From a virus (Duplodnaviria; Heunggongvirae; Uroviricota; Caudoviricetes): a stretch of DNA of 39,245 nt. Positions 13,997 to 28,665 of the stretch are shown in pieces. The stretch lies in IMG/VR virus record IMGVR_UViG_2558860161_000002; one strand, given 5' to 3'. The position numbers and the translations under genes were made by a program. Numbering within the stretch: position 1 is the stretch's first letter; every line of letters begins with the position of its first letter. The notes beneath the pieces are model-generated. The model was not told the DNA's origin and ran no database searches. It saw only the letters and a program-made list of their open reading frames with translations.

Positions 13997-14325
13997 CAGT
14001 TCACCACCTGTTCAAACTCTGCGCTGAACTCAACACGCAGCATACTGACCCGCGACGACCATTTTGCGCAGGTCACCTTTATCTGCCGCCACTCATAAGG
14101 CGGCGTCCACAGAAAGGCTTTCCAGCCCCCGTGCTCAGCCAGAAACGACTCCAGCGCCGTGGCCTCCCAACGGGGAACAGAAAACGTCACGCTGTACGTT
14201 TTCAGGTCGGCATTCAGCCCGGCAGGCGCTCGCTGGGAATAGCCATCACCAAAGCGCACTTTCCTGACGGAAGGGGCCGAAGCCACATCCATACCGGGTT
14301 TCACTTTCCAGCGGAAGGTCTTCAT
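13996..14325 (-). CDS. M: minor tail protein M
   Basis: 109-aa ORF MKTFRWKVKPGMDVASAPSVRKVRFGDGYSQRAPAG... Confidence 0.95.
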   Translation of the reverse strand: MKTFRWKVKPGMDVASAPSVRKVRFGDGYSQRAPAGLNADLKTYSVTFSVPRWEATALESFLAEHGGWKAFLWTPPYEWRQIKVTCAKWSSRVSMLRVEFSAEFEQVVN

Positions 14326-16901
14326 CGTCCACCTCCGGAGAACAGACCACCATCGCGCATCTGTGCCTGAATTTCATCACGGGCACCCTTGCGGGCCATG
14401 TCATACACTGCCTTCATCATCTGTGGACCTGGCAGACCATTCGTACCGTCGTTCTGAATCACCACGTGATTGTTCTGATTAAAATTAATGCCTTCAGCCC
14501 GCCGCATCTGCGCCGGACTTCCGGCACCGCCCACATAACCACCTTCCGCATAGCCCCGCATCAGGCGGTACAGGTTGCCGACACCAATTCGGCTGGTTGC
14601 CTCCTTCGTGAAGACAAATTCACCACGGTGAACAATCCCCGCTGGCTCATATTTGCCGCCGGTTCCCGTAAATCCTCCGGTTGCAAAATGGAATTTCGCC
14701 GCAGCGGCCTGAATGGCTGTACCGCCTGATGCGGATGCGCCGCCACCAACAGCCCCGCCAATGGCGCTACCGATACTCCCGACAATCCCCACCATTGCCT
14801 GCTTAAGCAGAATTTCTGTCATCATGGACAGCACGGAACGGGTGAAGCTGCGCCAGTTCTGCTCACTGCCGGTCAGCATCGCCGCCATATTCTGCGCAAT
14901 ACCATCAAAGGTCTGCGTGGCTGCACTTTTAACCTGCGACATACTGTCCGTGGCGCTCTCTTCCCACTCACTCCAGCCGGACCTGAGGCCTGCCATCCAG
15001 CTCCCGCGAAGCTGGTCTTCAGCCGCCCAGGTCTTTTTCTGCTCTGACATGACGTTATTCAGCGCCAGCGAATTATCGCCATACTGTTCCTTCAGGCGCT
15101 GTTCTGTGGCTTCCCGCGCTGCCTGCCGGTCAGTAAGCCCCCGGTTTTTCGCCTCAATGGCTGCCCGTTTTGCCCGTTGTTGCTGTGCGAACTTATCCGC
15201 CTGCTGCGCCAGCGCGTTCAGGCGCTCCTGATACGTAACCTTGTCGCCAAGTGCAGCCAGCTGGCGTTTGTACTCCAGCGTCTCATCTTTATGCGCCAGC
15301 AGGGATTTCTCCTGTGCGGACAGCTGGCGACGTTGCGCCGCCTCCTCCAGTACCGCGAACTGACTCTCCGCCTTCCACAAATCCCGGCGCTGCTGGCTGA
15401 TTTTCTCATTTGCTCCGGCATGCTTCTCCAGCGTCCGGAGTTCAGCCTGAAGCGTCAGCAGGGCAGCATGAGCACTGTCTTCCTGACGATCGCCCGCAGA
15501 CACTTTCACGCCGGACTGTTTCGGCTTTTTCAGCGTCGCTTCATAATCCTTTTTCGCCGCCGCCATCAGCGTGTTGTAATCTGCCTGCAGGATTTTCCCG
15601 TCTTTCAGTGCCTTGTTCAGTTCTTCCTGACGGGCGGTATATTTCTCCAGCGGCGTCTGCAGGCGTTCGTAAGCCTTCTGCGCCTCTTCGGTATATTTCA
15701 GCCGTGATGCCTCAGACTCGGCCCAGTCCTTTGCTGCCATCTCTCTGGCCTTTTCAAGATCGGCCTGCAACGTGGCGGCTGAAAGCCCAAGTTGCGCATT
15801 CGCTCTGTCCTCCCATGCTCCCCGGAGATTGGCAAGAAATGCTGAGGTTTTACCGCGCCGGTGGCTTCGGCTCTGATACCACTGCCATTTTTTGTCCGCC
15901 TCATCAAAAGCCTTTTCTGCTTTCTCCAGCATTCCCTGGGCAGTGTCCGGGCGACCAATATCCAGCACCGAATCCCACATGGATTTGAATGCCCGTGCTG
16001 TCCTGTCTGCCCAGGTCTCCAGCGTGCCCATGTTCTCTTTCAGGCGGCGGGTCTGGTCATCAAACCCTTTCGTTGCGGCCTCGTTCGCCGCCTGCAATGC
16101 CCCGGCTTCATCTCCGGAACGCTGCAACTGAGCAACATACGCAATCTGCTCCGCCGTCACGTTATGGAACTGACGTGCCATCGCTGTCAGTCCCGACGTC
16201 GGGTCTGTGGTCAGCTTCCCGAAGGCTTCAGCGACCTTGTCCACCTCCACGCCGGATGCAGAGGAGAAACGCGCCACACTCTGGCTGATCGCCTCAAACT
16301 GCTCACCACCACGCACACCGGCATTCACCAGCGCCGTCAGTGACTCGCTGGTCTGGTTAAACGTCAGCCCTGCCGCCTGCCCGGCTCTGGACAGGGCCAG
16401 AATACGATCTGCCGTCAGTCCCGCCTGATTGCCGGAAAGGACCAGCGTTTTGTTGAAATCGGACAGGGTTGAGTTGCCCTGATACCAGGCATACGCCAGC
16501 GCACCGGTCGCCACCGCCAGCGAGGTGGCCCCCACCATCGGCAGGGTGATCGCACCGGCAAGCCCCCTGAACATGGGGATCATCCCGCCGAAGGAGTCCT
16601 TAACCTGACCACCCTGTTGCAGCAGGATCAGCCACGGACTTTGCCCGCCTGCAAGCTGCGTGGCCACGTCGGTGAACTGTGCAGGCAGCATACGCATGGC
16701 GGCTTTATACTGCCCGACGGAAATCCCCGCTTTCTGTGCAGCCAGCGCCTGTCGGCTCAGCGACTGTTCAACGACTGCCGCTGTTTTTTTCGCATCAGTT
16801 TCCGTACCGGAAAAATGACGCCTGACTCTGGCCATCTGCTCGTCAAATCTGGCCGCATCCAGACTTAAATCAACGACCAGATCGCCTACCGGTTCAGCCA
16901 T
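14322..16901 (-). CDS. H: tail tape measure protein H
   Basis: 859-aa ORF MAEPVGDLVVDLSLDAARFDEQMARVRRHF..., coiled-coil rich, Gly-rich C-terminal region. Confidence 0.95.
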   Translation of the reverse strand: MAEPVGDLVVDLSLDAARFDEQMARVRRHFSGTETDAKKTAAVVEQSLSRQALAAQKAGISVGQYKAAMRMLPAQFTDVATQLAGGQSPWLILLQQGGQVKDSFGGMIPMFRGLAGAITLPMVGATSLAVATGALAYAWYQGNSTLSDFNKTLVLSGNQAGLTADRILALSRAGQAAGLTFNQTSESLTALVNAGVRGGEQFEAISQSVARFSSASGVEVDKVAEAFGKLTTDPTSGLTAMARQFHNVTAEQIAYVAQLQRSGDEAGALQAANEAATKGFDDQTRRLKENMGTLETWADRTARAFKSMWDSVLDIGRPDTAQGMLEKAEKAFDEADKKWQWYQSRSHRRGKTSAFLANLRGAWEDRANAQLGLSAATLQADLEKAREMAAKDWAESEASRLKYTEEAQKAYERLQTPLEKYTARQEELNKALKDGKILQADYNTLMAAAKKDYEATLKKPKQSGVKVSAGDRQEDSAHAALLTLQAELRTLEKHAGANEKISQQRRDLWKAESQFAVLEEAAQRRQLSAQEKSLLAHKDETLEYKRQLAALGDKVTYQERLNALAQQADKFAQQQRAKRAAIEAKNRGLTDRQAAREATEQRLKEQYGDNSLALNNVMSEQKKTWAAEDQLRGSWMAGLRSGWSEWEESATDSMSQVKSAATQTFDGIAQNMAAMLTGSEQNWRSFTRSVLSMMTEILLKQAMVGIVGSIGSAIGGAVGGGASASGGTAIQAAAAKFHFATGGFTGTGGKYEPAGIVHRGEFVFTKEATSRIGVGNLYRLMRGYAEGGYVGGAGSPAQMRRAEGINFNQNNHVVIQNDGTNGLPGPQMMKAVYDMARKGARDEIQAQMRDGGLFSGGGR

Positions 16902-17328
16902 ACCGGACTCCTCCTGCGATCCCTTCTGATACTGTCATCAGCATTACGTCATCCTCCGTCATGTCCGCCACATCCGGGGAAGCGGGGATAACTTCATTCC
17001 CGTCCGGGCCAAAGCGGACGCCTCCGGCAAGCCCTGCCGCTTTCTGCATCAGCACATCATCTTCAGGCTCTTCGTCAGCCTCGCGCCGGTTCAGCAGACT
17101 GAAATCCAGCGGATGCATATCCGGCTCGCTGAAAAACAGGCTGAGTACGGTGTACGTCAGCCCGGAAAAGTGCATATCCAGCAGAACATCATGAAAATAA
17201 TGGGTACTGTAAAAGCGGTGCCAGTCGGCATACTCCGTGGATGACATCCCGGCAAGCATGGCGCGCCAGTCGGGTCGCCCCATCTCACGCGCCAGTTTCA
17301 GGGCAAAACTCAGCTCACCGTCGAACAC
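16894..17328 (-). CDS. T: T reading frame of the G-T tail assembly chaperone (expressed in lambda by -1 frameshift from G at the G GGA AAG slippery site)
   Basis: ORF ...FDGELSFALKLAREMGRPDWRAM... overlapping the G 3' end; slippery heptamer gggaaag on the minus strand at about 17322..17330. Confidence 0.85.
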   Translation of the reverse strand: MFDGELSFALKLAREMGRPDWRAMLAGMSSTEYADWHRFYSTHYFHDVLLDMHFSGLTYTVLSLFFSEPDMHPLDFSLLNRREADEEPEDDVLMQKAAGLAGGVRFGPDGNEVIPASPDVADMTEDDVMLMTVSEGIAGGVRYG

Positions 17329-17732
17329 TTTCCCGCAGAAACAGGCTCTGCTGGCCCGGCGTCATCTGCCTGTTCAGGTGCATCATTCACAACAAACTCA
17401 GACATACCGGACAGACGCATTACCACATTTTCAGCCTGAGCAATTGCCTCTGTGGGCCAGGTGGTAAGCACTTCCTGCTCAATTTGTTTAACGGCTTCAT
17501 TCATGGACGGCATCTTTGTCTTCTGCGGATGGCTATGCCACAGGGACATCGCCACCAGAAAAGCACCGGTTCTGACGAGATCTTACACGCTCACCTGTCG
17601 ATTGAGACTGGATCCCGCCTGTTCTGCCTGTCGTTTCAGCAGGGCGAGATGCTCAATTCGCTGCAGGGCTGACAGTTCAGAAAGCGTGACGCTCACACCG
17701 TTATATTCAAATGATTCGGTTTTCAGGAACAT
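17310..17732 (-). pseudogene. G: tail assembly chaperone G interrupted by an in-frame TAA (ochre) at codon 50
   Basis: ATG at 17732 gives MFLKTESFEYNGVSVTLSELSALQRIEHLALLKRQAEQAGSSLNRQVSV then TAA (plus-strand tta at 17583..17585); same frame continues ...GAFLVAMSLWHSHPQKT...SAGKCSTVS to the stop at 17310; total 141 codons as for lambda G. Confidence 0.85.
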
Positions 17733-17747
17733 CGCTGACTCTCCGGA

Positions 17748-18488
17748 TTAACTGTCGGTGACGGTGATTTCTGCAACCACAGCAAGTTCACCATTACCGG
17801 ATACAACCGGAATGTTGACCTTGCCTGCAGCAACACCTTTCACGGTGATGGTCATACCACTGACCGACACGGTGGCTTTTGTTTTATCCGCAGACACCGC
17901 ACGGAAGCTCTTGTCGGTTGCGCCTTCCGGCTGGAATGCCACGGTCAGCGTGGTGCTCTGCCCTTTCACCACCGAAGTGCTGGCAGGCGTCACGGTCATG
18001 CCGGTTGCCGCTGTTACCGTGCTGCGATCTTCTGCCATCGACGGACGTCTCACGTTGGTGACTTTCACCGTGCGGGTGATCACTTCCTTCGCCGTCACCG
18101 CCTTACCGATACTGCTGACCCAGCCGCGGAACACATCGACCGTGCCGTTCGGGAAGCGGATTTTATAGGCTCGGGTATCCCCTTCATTAAACCACGCCAG
18201 CAGCGCCTGCTGCCCCTGCTCTCCGGGCATCCACGCCAGCGTGAAGCTGGTATCTCCGGCAGATTTCTGCCCCTGCCCGGTCGCAGTCCAGTCCGCATCT
18301 TCATCATCGAGATAGCTGTCGTCATAGGACTCAGCGGTCAGTTCGCCGGGCGTCAGGTCTTTAACTTTAGCCAGACGCGACCAGTCAACGTCTGAAAGCG
18401 GGTTCGCATAAGGGTCACCGTTCCCCTTATAAACCCACAGTGTGGTCCCGGCCCCTTTCACCGGCATTACTGGATTTGGTACAGGCAT
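17748..18488 (-). CDS. V: major tail tube protein V (C-terminal Ig-like domain)
   Basis: 246 aa from [36 protein letters not shown]... Confidence 0.95.
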   Translation of the reverse strand: MPVPNPVMPVKGAGTTLWVYKGNGDPYANPLSDVDWSRLAKVKDLTPGELTAESYDDSYLDDEDADWTATGQGQKSAGDTSFTLAWMPGEQGQQALLAWFNEGDTRAYKIRFPNGTVDVFRGWVSSIGKAVTAKEVITRTVKVTNVRRPSMAEDRSTVTAATGMTVTPASTSVVKGQSTTLTVAFQPEGATDKSFRAVSADKTKATVSVSGMTITVKGVAAGKVNIPVVSGNGELAVVAEITVTDS

Positions 18489-18495
18489 ATCGTCC

Positions 18496-18891
18496 TCACA
18501 TTTCATAGGTAATGACATAAGTCAGATCGGCTGAACTCCACAGGCCCGCATCATCGTCGCGCCGGTAGTCATAGCCACTGGCCACCATACTGGTGATCAA
18601 ATCTGACAGTGCCGGGACATCGCTCATCACCGGATAAATCCGGGACTCCATCCACGAATCCAGCTCTGAATCCGGCACCTGAGCAGGCAGGAAAACTTCA
18701 ATATGCAGCTCCGCCTGCCAGGTATCACTGTCCAGCTCTTCGCCCGTGTATTCAGCGCCGGTGAGATAAACGGCAATTGCCGGAAAATCCGCCTCATCAA
18801 AAACAGCGGGGCGACCATCAAAAAGCGTCGCCCCGGTGTCATGCTTCTCCAGTGCATCCAGTACGGCTGCACGGAGTTCAGTATGTTTCAT
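18496..18891 (-). CDS. U: tail terminator protein U
   Basis: 131-aa [36 protein letters not shown]... Confidence 0.95.
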   Translation of the reverse strand: MKHTELRAAVLDALEKHDTGATLFDGRPAVFDEADFPAIAVYLTGAEYTGEELDSDTWQAELHIEVFLPAQVPDSELDSWMESRIYPVMSDVPALSDLITSMVASGYDYRRDDDAGLWSSADLTYVITYEM

Positions 18892-19466
18892 CGCTTTATT
18901 ACCATTCTCAGTTGATGCTGCAGCGCATAGCCCAGCTCTTTCGGAAGACGTTCACGCCGTATCCGTTCAATATTCTGTTTAAACGCCGTGGTAAGCGGCA
19001 CCGCCATCGGGATTTTCACCACATCAATGGGGTAACGGTTTTTCCCGGCCACACGCTGCATGACATGCCACCGGCCATTTTTCAGTTGCTGAATAAACGC
19101 GCCGGGAATACGACGGTTTCCCACCACAAGCACGCTGCCGCCACCTTTCAGGGATGAACGCTGCCCCTTTTTACGACGTCTGCGGCGGGAAAGGACAACC
19201 CGCGCGTTACCCAGCTTGATTACGGGCAAATCCCCCCGGTTAACCCTGATTCTGGCCTGCGGATTTTTGACCGTGGCCCTTTTCAGCCTGGCCCTTTCCT
19301 TTACCAGTTTCCGGCGTACCTTTGTCTCACGGGCAACCTGTGACGCAGACTGCGATATCGCGGATGACGCAACGCGGTTAATGGCCATTGCGGCGGCACC
19401 AGGCACCGCCGTTTTGCTGATACGGCTGAGGTTTTCAACGGCCTGCTCAAGACCTTTTATGGCCAT
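18888..19466 (-). CDS. Z: tail completion protein Z
   Basis: 192-aa ORF MAIKGLEQAVENLSRISKTAVPGAAAMAINRV... Confidence 0.95.
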   Translation of the reverse strand: MAIKGLEQAVENLSRISKTAVPGAAAMAINRVASSAISQSASQVARETKVRRKLVKERARLKRATVKNPQARIRVNRGDLPVIKLGNARVVLSRRRRRKKGQRSSLKGGGSVLVVGNRRIPGAFIQQLKNGRWHVMQRVAGKNRYPIDVVKIPMAVPLTTAFKQNIERIRRERLPKELGYALQHQLRMVIKR

Positions 19467-19477
19467 ACATCCCCCTT

Positions 19478-19831
19478 TCAGCGGCGACGGTTAACGGCAG
19501 GCGGCACGCCACGCCCAAGCCAGAGATGACAGCTTCCGCCATCATCCGGCGAAATCCGGTCCACCCAGAAGTTTTCCTCGCCGATGGTCAGTGTGTCTCC
19601 ACGCCGCAGCTGCCGCACATCATCAGTCCGGACAAACAGGGACGGGCTGGAGCCTTCAACGCGCACCCCCTGTCCGGCATAGCTGATATTTTCAGGGTCA
19701 TCAAAAACACCACGTATCACAGCACCGGACAGCTCACCGGATGTCATGGTGGCTGACGTTCCCATGTACCCGCGTATCGTTTCATCGGCGCGGGCAATGG
19801 CAGCATCGAACAGGTTATCGGAATCAGCCAC
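19478..19831 (-). CDS. FII: head-tail connector protein FII
   Basis: 117-aa ORF MADSDNLFDAAIARADETIRGYMGTSATMTSG... Confidence 0.95.
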   Translation of the reverse strand: MADSDNLFDAAIARADETIRGYMGTSATMTSGELSGAVIRGVFDDPENISYAGQGVRVEGSSPSLFVRTDDVRQLRRGDTLTIGEENFWVDRISPDDGGSCHLWLGRGVPPAVNRRR

Positions 19832-19842
19832 AGCGCCTCCCG

Positions 19843-20241
19843 TTATTGCATTCTGGCCAGGCCATGTTCTGTCATTTCGGCTGCCACACCGGCAGAGACA
19901 CGAAACGCCGTTCCCGGCAGCACAAATGCCACAGGCTCATCCCGCGTGGCGTGAAGTGCATCAGTATGCAGCGTCACCAGTGCCACGACCGTGACCAGAG
20001 CAGCCGTATCAATCACGGTATCCGGCTGCGCTGATACCACCTCATTTTCATGTCCGGTCAGCGCATTTTCCGGGCTGACAGATGTGTCCTGACCGGCAGC
20101 GTCATCCGTGTCATCAAGCTCCTCTTCCAGCTCTGCCACACGGAGCACCAGTTCTTCTTTCGTCCCCGTCAGGCTGACATCACGGTTCAGTTGCTCACCC
20201 AGCACCTGAAGACGGGCAATCAGTTCATCTTTCGTCATGGA
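19843..20241 (-). CDS. FI: DNA packaging accessory protein FI
   Basis: 132 aa from MTKDELIARLQVLGEQLNRDVSLTGTKEELV... Confidence 0.9.
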   Translation of the reverse strand, partial: SMTKDELIARLQVLGEQLNRDVSLTGTKEELVLRVAELEEELDDTDDAAGQDTSVSPENALTGHENEVVSAQPDTVIDTAALVTVVALVTLHTDALHATRDEPVAFVLPGTAFRVSAGVAAEMTEHGLARMQ

Positions 20242-20279
20242 CTCCTCCACAGAGAGAAAATGGCCCCGAAGGGCCATGA

Positions 20280-21305
20280 TTACGCCAGTTGTACGGACAC
20301 GAACGCATCAGGATCAGCCAGCAGCATCAGCGGTGCTGACTGAATCATGGTGAACTCACGCGCCGGATCGCCGGTGGTCACCCAGTTTTTCGGGTAGCGG
20401 GCAGAGGCGTTAATACCTTCGCGCTGTGCGTCCGCATCCTGAATGCAGCCATAGGTGCGCAGACCGCGTGCCTGAGTGTTCCCCAGCACCATCGTGTTGT
20501 CCGGCAGGAAGTTCTTTTTGACGTCGTTTTCCACGTACTGTCCGGAATACACGACGATCGCCGTATCGCCATACATCCCCTTATAGGACACCGCTTCGCC
20601 CAGGTCTTTTACCGCTGTCTCCAGCTCGGAATTAGAGCCGCGACGGGTATCCAGCTTCTCCTTGACGGCTTTGAAGGAACGGAACAGCGCCCAGCCTTTC
20701 GGATCAAACACGATGATATTCACCACGCCGCTGGCGTTCAGCGCGTAGGCTTCGATATCGTCGGTCGGGTCATACGTGGACTTGTCACGCTTGCTCCACT
20801 CCGTGCCGCCGGACTGCGTGATGTTGTTCGCCGCACTGCGGCCCATATCCACCTCAACCGGATCGAAGGCTTCACCGGTCATGGTGTATTTGCCCTTGAG
20901 CACGGCAGAAACTGCCTGCATCTCTTCGACCTGAGCAATGGCCAGCTCTTCGTCACGCATGTTCTGCAGGATGATGCGACGGCGGCGGTAAGCCGGGTCC
21001 GCCAGATTCTGCGGATCTTCATCCGGCAGGCGACGCAGGGTCATCTGCGGATTCACCTCATGCTTCGGCTTGACATAACCCGGCGTAAATTCAGAGGTGG
21101 AGCCGCCACGGGAACGGATAACCTCACCGGAAACAATTGGCGAAACGTACAGCGCCATGTTTACCAGTCCAGGAATTTGTGAGAGATAGACTTTCTCCGT
21201 GGTGAAGGGATAGCTCTCACGGAAAAAGAGACGCAGAAACAGCGGATCAAACTTAAATTTCTGCTCATTTGCCGCCAGCAGCTGGGCGGTTGTGTACATC
21301 GACAT
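20280..21305 (-). CDS. E: major capsid protein E
   Basis: 341 aa from MSMYTTAQLLAANEQKFKFDPLFLRLFFRESYPFTTEK... Confidence 0.95.
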   Translation of the reverse strand: MSMYTTAQLLAANEQKFKFDPLFLRLFFRESYPFTTEKVYLSQIPGLVNMALYVSPIVSGEVIRSRGGSTSEFTPGYVKPKHEVNPQMTLRRLPDEDPQNLADPAYRRRRIILQNMRDEELAIAQVEEMQAVSAVLKGKYTMTGEAFDPVEVDMGRSAANNITQSGGTEWSKRDKSTYDPTDDIEAYALNASGVVNIIVFDPKGWALFRSFKAVKEKLDTRRGSNSELETAVKDLGEAVSYKGMYGDTAIVVYSGQYVENDVKKNFLPDNTMVLGNTQARGLRTYGCIQDADAQREGINASARYPKNWVTTGDPAREFTMIQSAPLMLLADPDAFVSVQLA

Positions 21306-21360
21306 AAAAAAATCCCGTAAAAAAAGCCGCACAGGCGGCCTTTAGTGATGAAGGGTCAGG

Positions 21361-21693
21361 TTAAACGATGCTGATTGCCGTTCCGGCAAACGCGGTCCGT
21401 TTTTTCGTCTCGTCGCTGGCAGCCTCCGGCCAGAGCACATCCTCATAACGGAACGTGCCGGACTTGTAGAACGTCAGTGTGGTGCTGGTCTGGTCAGCAG
21501 CAACTACAAGAATGCCAACGGCAGCACCGTCGGTGGTGCCATCCCACGCAACCAGCTTACGGGTGGAGGTGTCCAGCATCAGCGGGGTCATTGCAGGCGC
21601 TTTCGCACTCAACCCGCCGGGCGCGGTTGCGGTATGAGCCGGGTCACTGTTGCCCAGCGGCTGGTAATGGGTAAAGGTTTCTTTGCTCGTCAT
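21361..21693 (-). CDS. D: capsid decoration protein D
   Basis: 110 aa from [33 protein letters not shown]... Confidence 0.95.
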   Translation of the reverse strand: MTSKETFTHYQPLGNSDPAHTATAPGGLSAKAPAMTPLMLDTSTRKLVAWDGTTDGAAVGILVVAADQTSTTLTFYKSGTFRYEDVLWPEAASDETKKRTAFAGTAISIV

Positions 21694-21702
21694 AAACATC
21701 CC

Positions 21703-23002
21703 TTACACTGGTGTGTTCAGCAAATCGTTAACGGCATCAGATGCCGGGTTACCTGCAGCCAGCGGTGCCGGTGCCCCCTGCATCAGACGATCCAGCGCAG
21801 TGTCACTGCGCGCCTGTGCACTCTGTGGTGCTGCGGCCAGAATACGGCGGGCCGTTTCCACGGTCATACCGGGGGTTTCGGCCAGCACGCATGCCTGTTC
21901 TTCGCGTCCGTGAGCCTCCTCACAGTTGAGGATCCCCATAATGCGACTGTTTTCTGCCGCAACCGCTGCGGTGATCTGCGCGTTCACGTCCGGCTGCGCA
22001 GCGCTGGCGTTCTCGCCCTCCGTCGCTTGCACCACGCCAGTAACGTCAGCCTGCGAAGCAGTGGCTGAAACAGTTGTTGATTGAGTCTCTTTGGTCATTC
22101 GCCCTCCTGAGAGACGGGATTTACGTGCATCCAGTGCATCACGCATAACGGTGATCGCATCGGTGCTGTTGACAAGTTCATCAGCCAGTCCGGCATCAAT
22201 GGCCTCCTGACCGCTGTACACTGCAGCCTCGGTATCCAGCACAGCCTGCACGGACAGGCCGGTATATGCCGACACCTTCTGTGCAAACATCCGGCGGGTT
22301 GCATCCATCCGGGACTGCAATGTTTCCCGGACATCATCCGGTAGATGGCTGTAGGGGTTGCCATCCACCTTATGGCTGCCGCTGTAAATCAGCGTGATTT
22401 CCACGCCCTGTTTCTCCAGCGCAGCACCGTAATTACTGTGAGCCATCATGACGCCGATGGAGCCTGTCCGGGCGGTCTGCGTGACCAGACGCCGGGAGGC
22501 GGCGCTGGCAAGCAGCTGACCTGCACTGCAGTTCATGTCGTTGGCCAGCGCCCATACCGGTTTTATGTCTCGCACACGGGCGATGATGTCAGCACAGTCA
22601 AATGCTCCCGCCACCATCCCGCCCGGTGTGTCCATATCCAGCAGAATGCCGTCCACCATCGGATCGCTGGCAGCCTGTTGCAGACGGGCGATAATGCCGT
22701 TGTAACCGGTCATCCCCGAATACGGCTGCAGCGCCCGCGTCCGGCTGACCAGCGTGCCGGACACCGGCAGCACGGCGATGCCGTTCATGACCTGATAACT
22801 GCGGGCCTGTCGTGGTCCGTCATCATCAACGGATAACGCCAGCGCCGCGGGTGCCTCTCCGGCAGTCAGGCTGTCGCCGGACACCGCATCCGTCAGGCGG
22901 CTGATCCCAAGCTGGCCTGCAAGCGCACAAAAGAAAACCCGCGCATAGGCGGGTTCAAGCATCAGCGGCTCATTAAAGGCCATACTGGCAATATGCGGGA
23001 GA

Positions 23003-23022
<20 letters not shown>
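21703..23022 (-). CDS. C: head maturation protease C with the in-frame nested scaffold Nu3; apparent GTG start
   Basis: 439 aa from (V/M)TAELRNLPHIASMAFNEPLMLEPAYARVFF...; GGAGGAG Shine-Dalgarno upstream of the GTG at 23020..23022. Confidence 0.9.
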
Positions 23023-26704
<3,682 letters not shown>

Positions 26705-26730
<26 letters not shown>

Positions 26731-27250
26731 TCAGCAACCCCGGTATCAGTTCATCCAGCGCGGCTGCTTTGTTCATGGCTTTGATGATATCCCGTTTCAG
26801 GAAATCAACATGTCGGTTTTCCAGTTCCGGAAAACGCCGCTGCACCGACAGGGGGATCCCGTCGAGAATACTGGCAATTTCACCTGCGATCCGCGACAGC
26901 ACGAAAGTACAGAATGCGGTTTCCACCACTTCAGCGGAGTCTCTGGCATTTTTCAGCTCCTGTGCGTCGGCCTGCGCACGCGTAAGTCGATGGCGTTCGT
27001 ACTCAATAGTCCCTGGCTGGAGATCTGTCTCGCTGGCCTGCCGCAGTTCTTCAACTTCCCGGCGCAGCTTTTCGTTCTCAATTTCAGCATCCCTTTCGGC
27101 ATACCATCTTATAACGGCGGCAGAGTCATAAAGCACCTCATTACCCTTGCCACCGCCTCGCAGAACGGGCATTCCCTGTTCCTGCCAGTTCTGAATGGTA
27201 CGGATACTCGCACCGAAAATGTCAGCCAGCTGCTTTTTGTTGACTTCCAT
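26705..27250 (-). CDS. Nu1: terminase small subunit Nu1
   Basis: 181-aa ORF MEVNKKQLADIFGASIRTIQNWQEQGMPVLRGGGKGNEV... with helix-turn-helix N-terminus, ends ...LLSKYIEQSG. Confidence 0.95.
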
Positions 27251-27439
27251 TGTTCATTCCACGGCCAAAAACAGAGAAAGGAAACGACAGAGGCCCAAAA
27301 GCTCGTTTTCAGCACCTGTCGTTTCCTTTCTTTTCAGGGGGTATTTTAAATAAAAACATTAAGTTACGACGAAGAAGAACGGAAATGCCTTAAACCGGAA
27401 AATTTTCATAAATAGCGAAAACCCGCGAGGTCGCCGCCC
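27251..27439 (-). other. cos packaging site: cosN 12-nt cohesive-end sequence at 27428..27439 plus the cosB region between cosN and Nu1
   Basis: plus-strand aggtcgccgccc is the reverse complement of the lambda cohesive end GGGCGGCGACCT; flanking sequence matches joined lambda left and right ends as recalled. Confidence 0.8.
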
Positions 27440-27638
27440 CGTAACCTGTCGGATCGCCGGAAAGGACCCGCAAAATGATAATAATTATCATCTGCATGTC
27501 ACAACGTGCATCTACGCCATCAAACCACGTCAAATAATCAATTATGACGCAGATATCGTATTAATTGATCTGCATCAACTTAACGTAAAAACAACTTCAG
27601 ACAATACAAATCAGCGACACTGAATACGGGACAACCTC

Positions 27639-27872
27639 ATGTCAACGAAGAACAGAACCCGCAGAACAACAACCCGCAACATCCGCTTTCCTAACCAAAT
27701 GATTGAACAAATTAACATCGCTCTTGAGCAAAAAGGGTCCGGGAATTTCTCAGCCTGGGTCATTGAAGCCTGCCGCCGGAGACTGTGCTCAGAAAAAAGA
27801 GTTTCTTCTGAAGCAAACAAAGAAAAGAGTGACATTACTGAATTGCTCAGAAAACAGGTCAGACCAGATTGA
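27639..27872 (+). CDS. small basic prophage protein (YnfO-like position), 77 aa
   Basis: ORF MSTKNRTRRTTTRNIRFPNQMIEQINIALEQKG...; sits between cos and ydfO. Confidence 0.45.
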   Translation: MSTKNRTRRTTTRNIRFPNQMIEQINIALEQKGSGNFSAWVIEACRRRLCSEKRVSSEANKEKSDITELLRKQVRPD

Positions 27873-27929
27873 AGCAATTTAGATAATCGTGCAGACTACG
27901 CCCCCTCATATCACATGGAAGGTTTATCT

Positions 27930-28340
27930 ATGGATCAGGTAGTCATTTTTAAACAAATATTTGATAAAGTTCGAAACGATTTAAACTATCAATGGTTTTA
28001 TTCTGAGCTAAAACGTCACAATGTCTCACATTACATTTACTATTTAGCCACAGAGAATGTTCATATTGTATTAAAAAATGATAATACAGTGTTATTAAAG
28101 GGCCTAAAAAACATTGTGTCTGTCAAATTTTCAAAGGATAGGCATCTTATAGAAACGACCTCTAATAAGCTGAAATCCAGAGAGATCACATTTCAGGAAT
28201 ACAGAAGAAACCTTGCTAAAGCAGGAGTTTTTCGGTGGGTTACAAATATCCACGAACAAAAAAGATATTACTATACCTTTGATAATTCATTACTATTTAC
28301 TGAAAGCATCCAGAAAACTACACAGATCTTACCACGCTAA
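27930..28340 (+). CDS. ydfO: DUF1398-family prophage protein, YdfO-like, 136 aa
   Basis: ORF from [38 protein letters not shown]...; ggaagg Shine-Dalgarno before the ATG at 27930. Confidence 0.6.
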
Positions 28341-28491
28341 ACCATAACGTCCGGCTTCTCTCACTCCTGAGCCGGACTGCATTGGTTTAATAAAAACCAT
28401 CAACAATTGTGATTTAGATATTCGGAACCATTCAAATATAACAAAACCCCGTAAAAACGAGGTTTATGGATAAATTTTATTATTGAATACA

Positions 28492-28665
28492 TCAGATTAA
28501 ATTAATCTTGACATCATAGCTTTCAAGACCCGTCATTTTTTCCCGTGCGGTAAACTGAATACTGGTAACTTCTTTCCCGGTCTTTTTCTTAAGTTCAATA
28601 ATTTTTTTTGTTATATATTCAGAAATATCTGCTTCTGCTTTTGTTTTTAAGTTTTCAATATTCAT
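28492..28665 (-). CDS. gnsB: GnsA/GnsB-family small protein, 57 aa (below the ORF-track size cutoff)
   Basis: hand translation MNIENLKTKAEADISEYITKKIIELKKKTGKEVTSIQFTAREKMTGLESYDVKINLI; aagagga Shine-Dalgarno upstream. Confidence 0.75.
   Translation of the reverse strand: MNIENLKTKAEADISEYITKKIIELKKKTGKEVTSIQFTAREKMTGLESYDVKINLI

Noticed and set aside
14466-16868. Multiple plus-strand ORFs of 60-190 aa antisense to tape measure gene H
   Set aside because: All sit inside the H reading frame on the opposite strand, with no start context and no recognisable domains.
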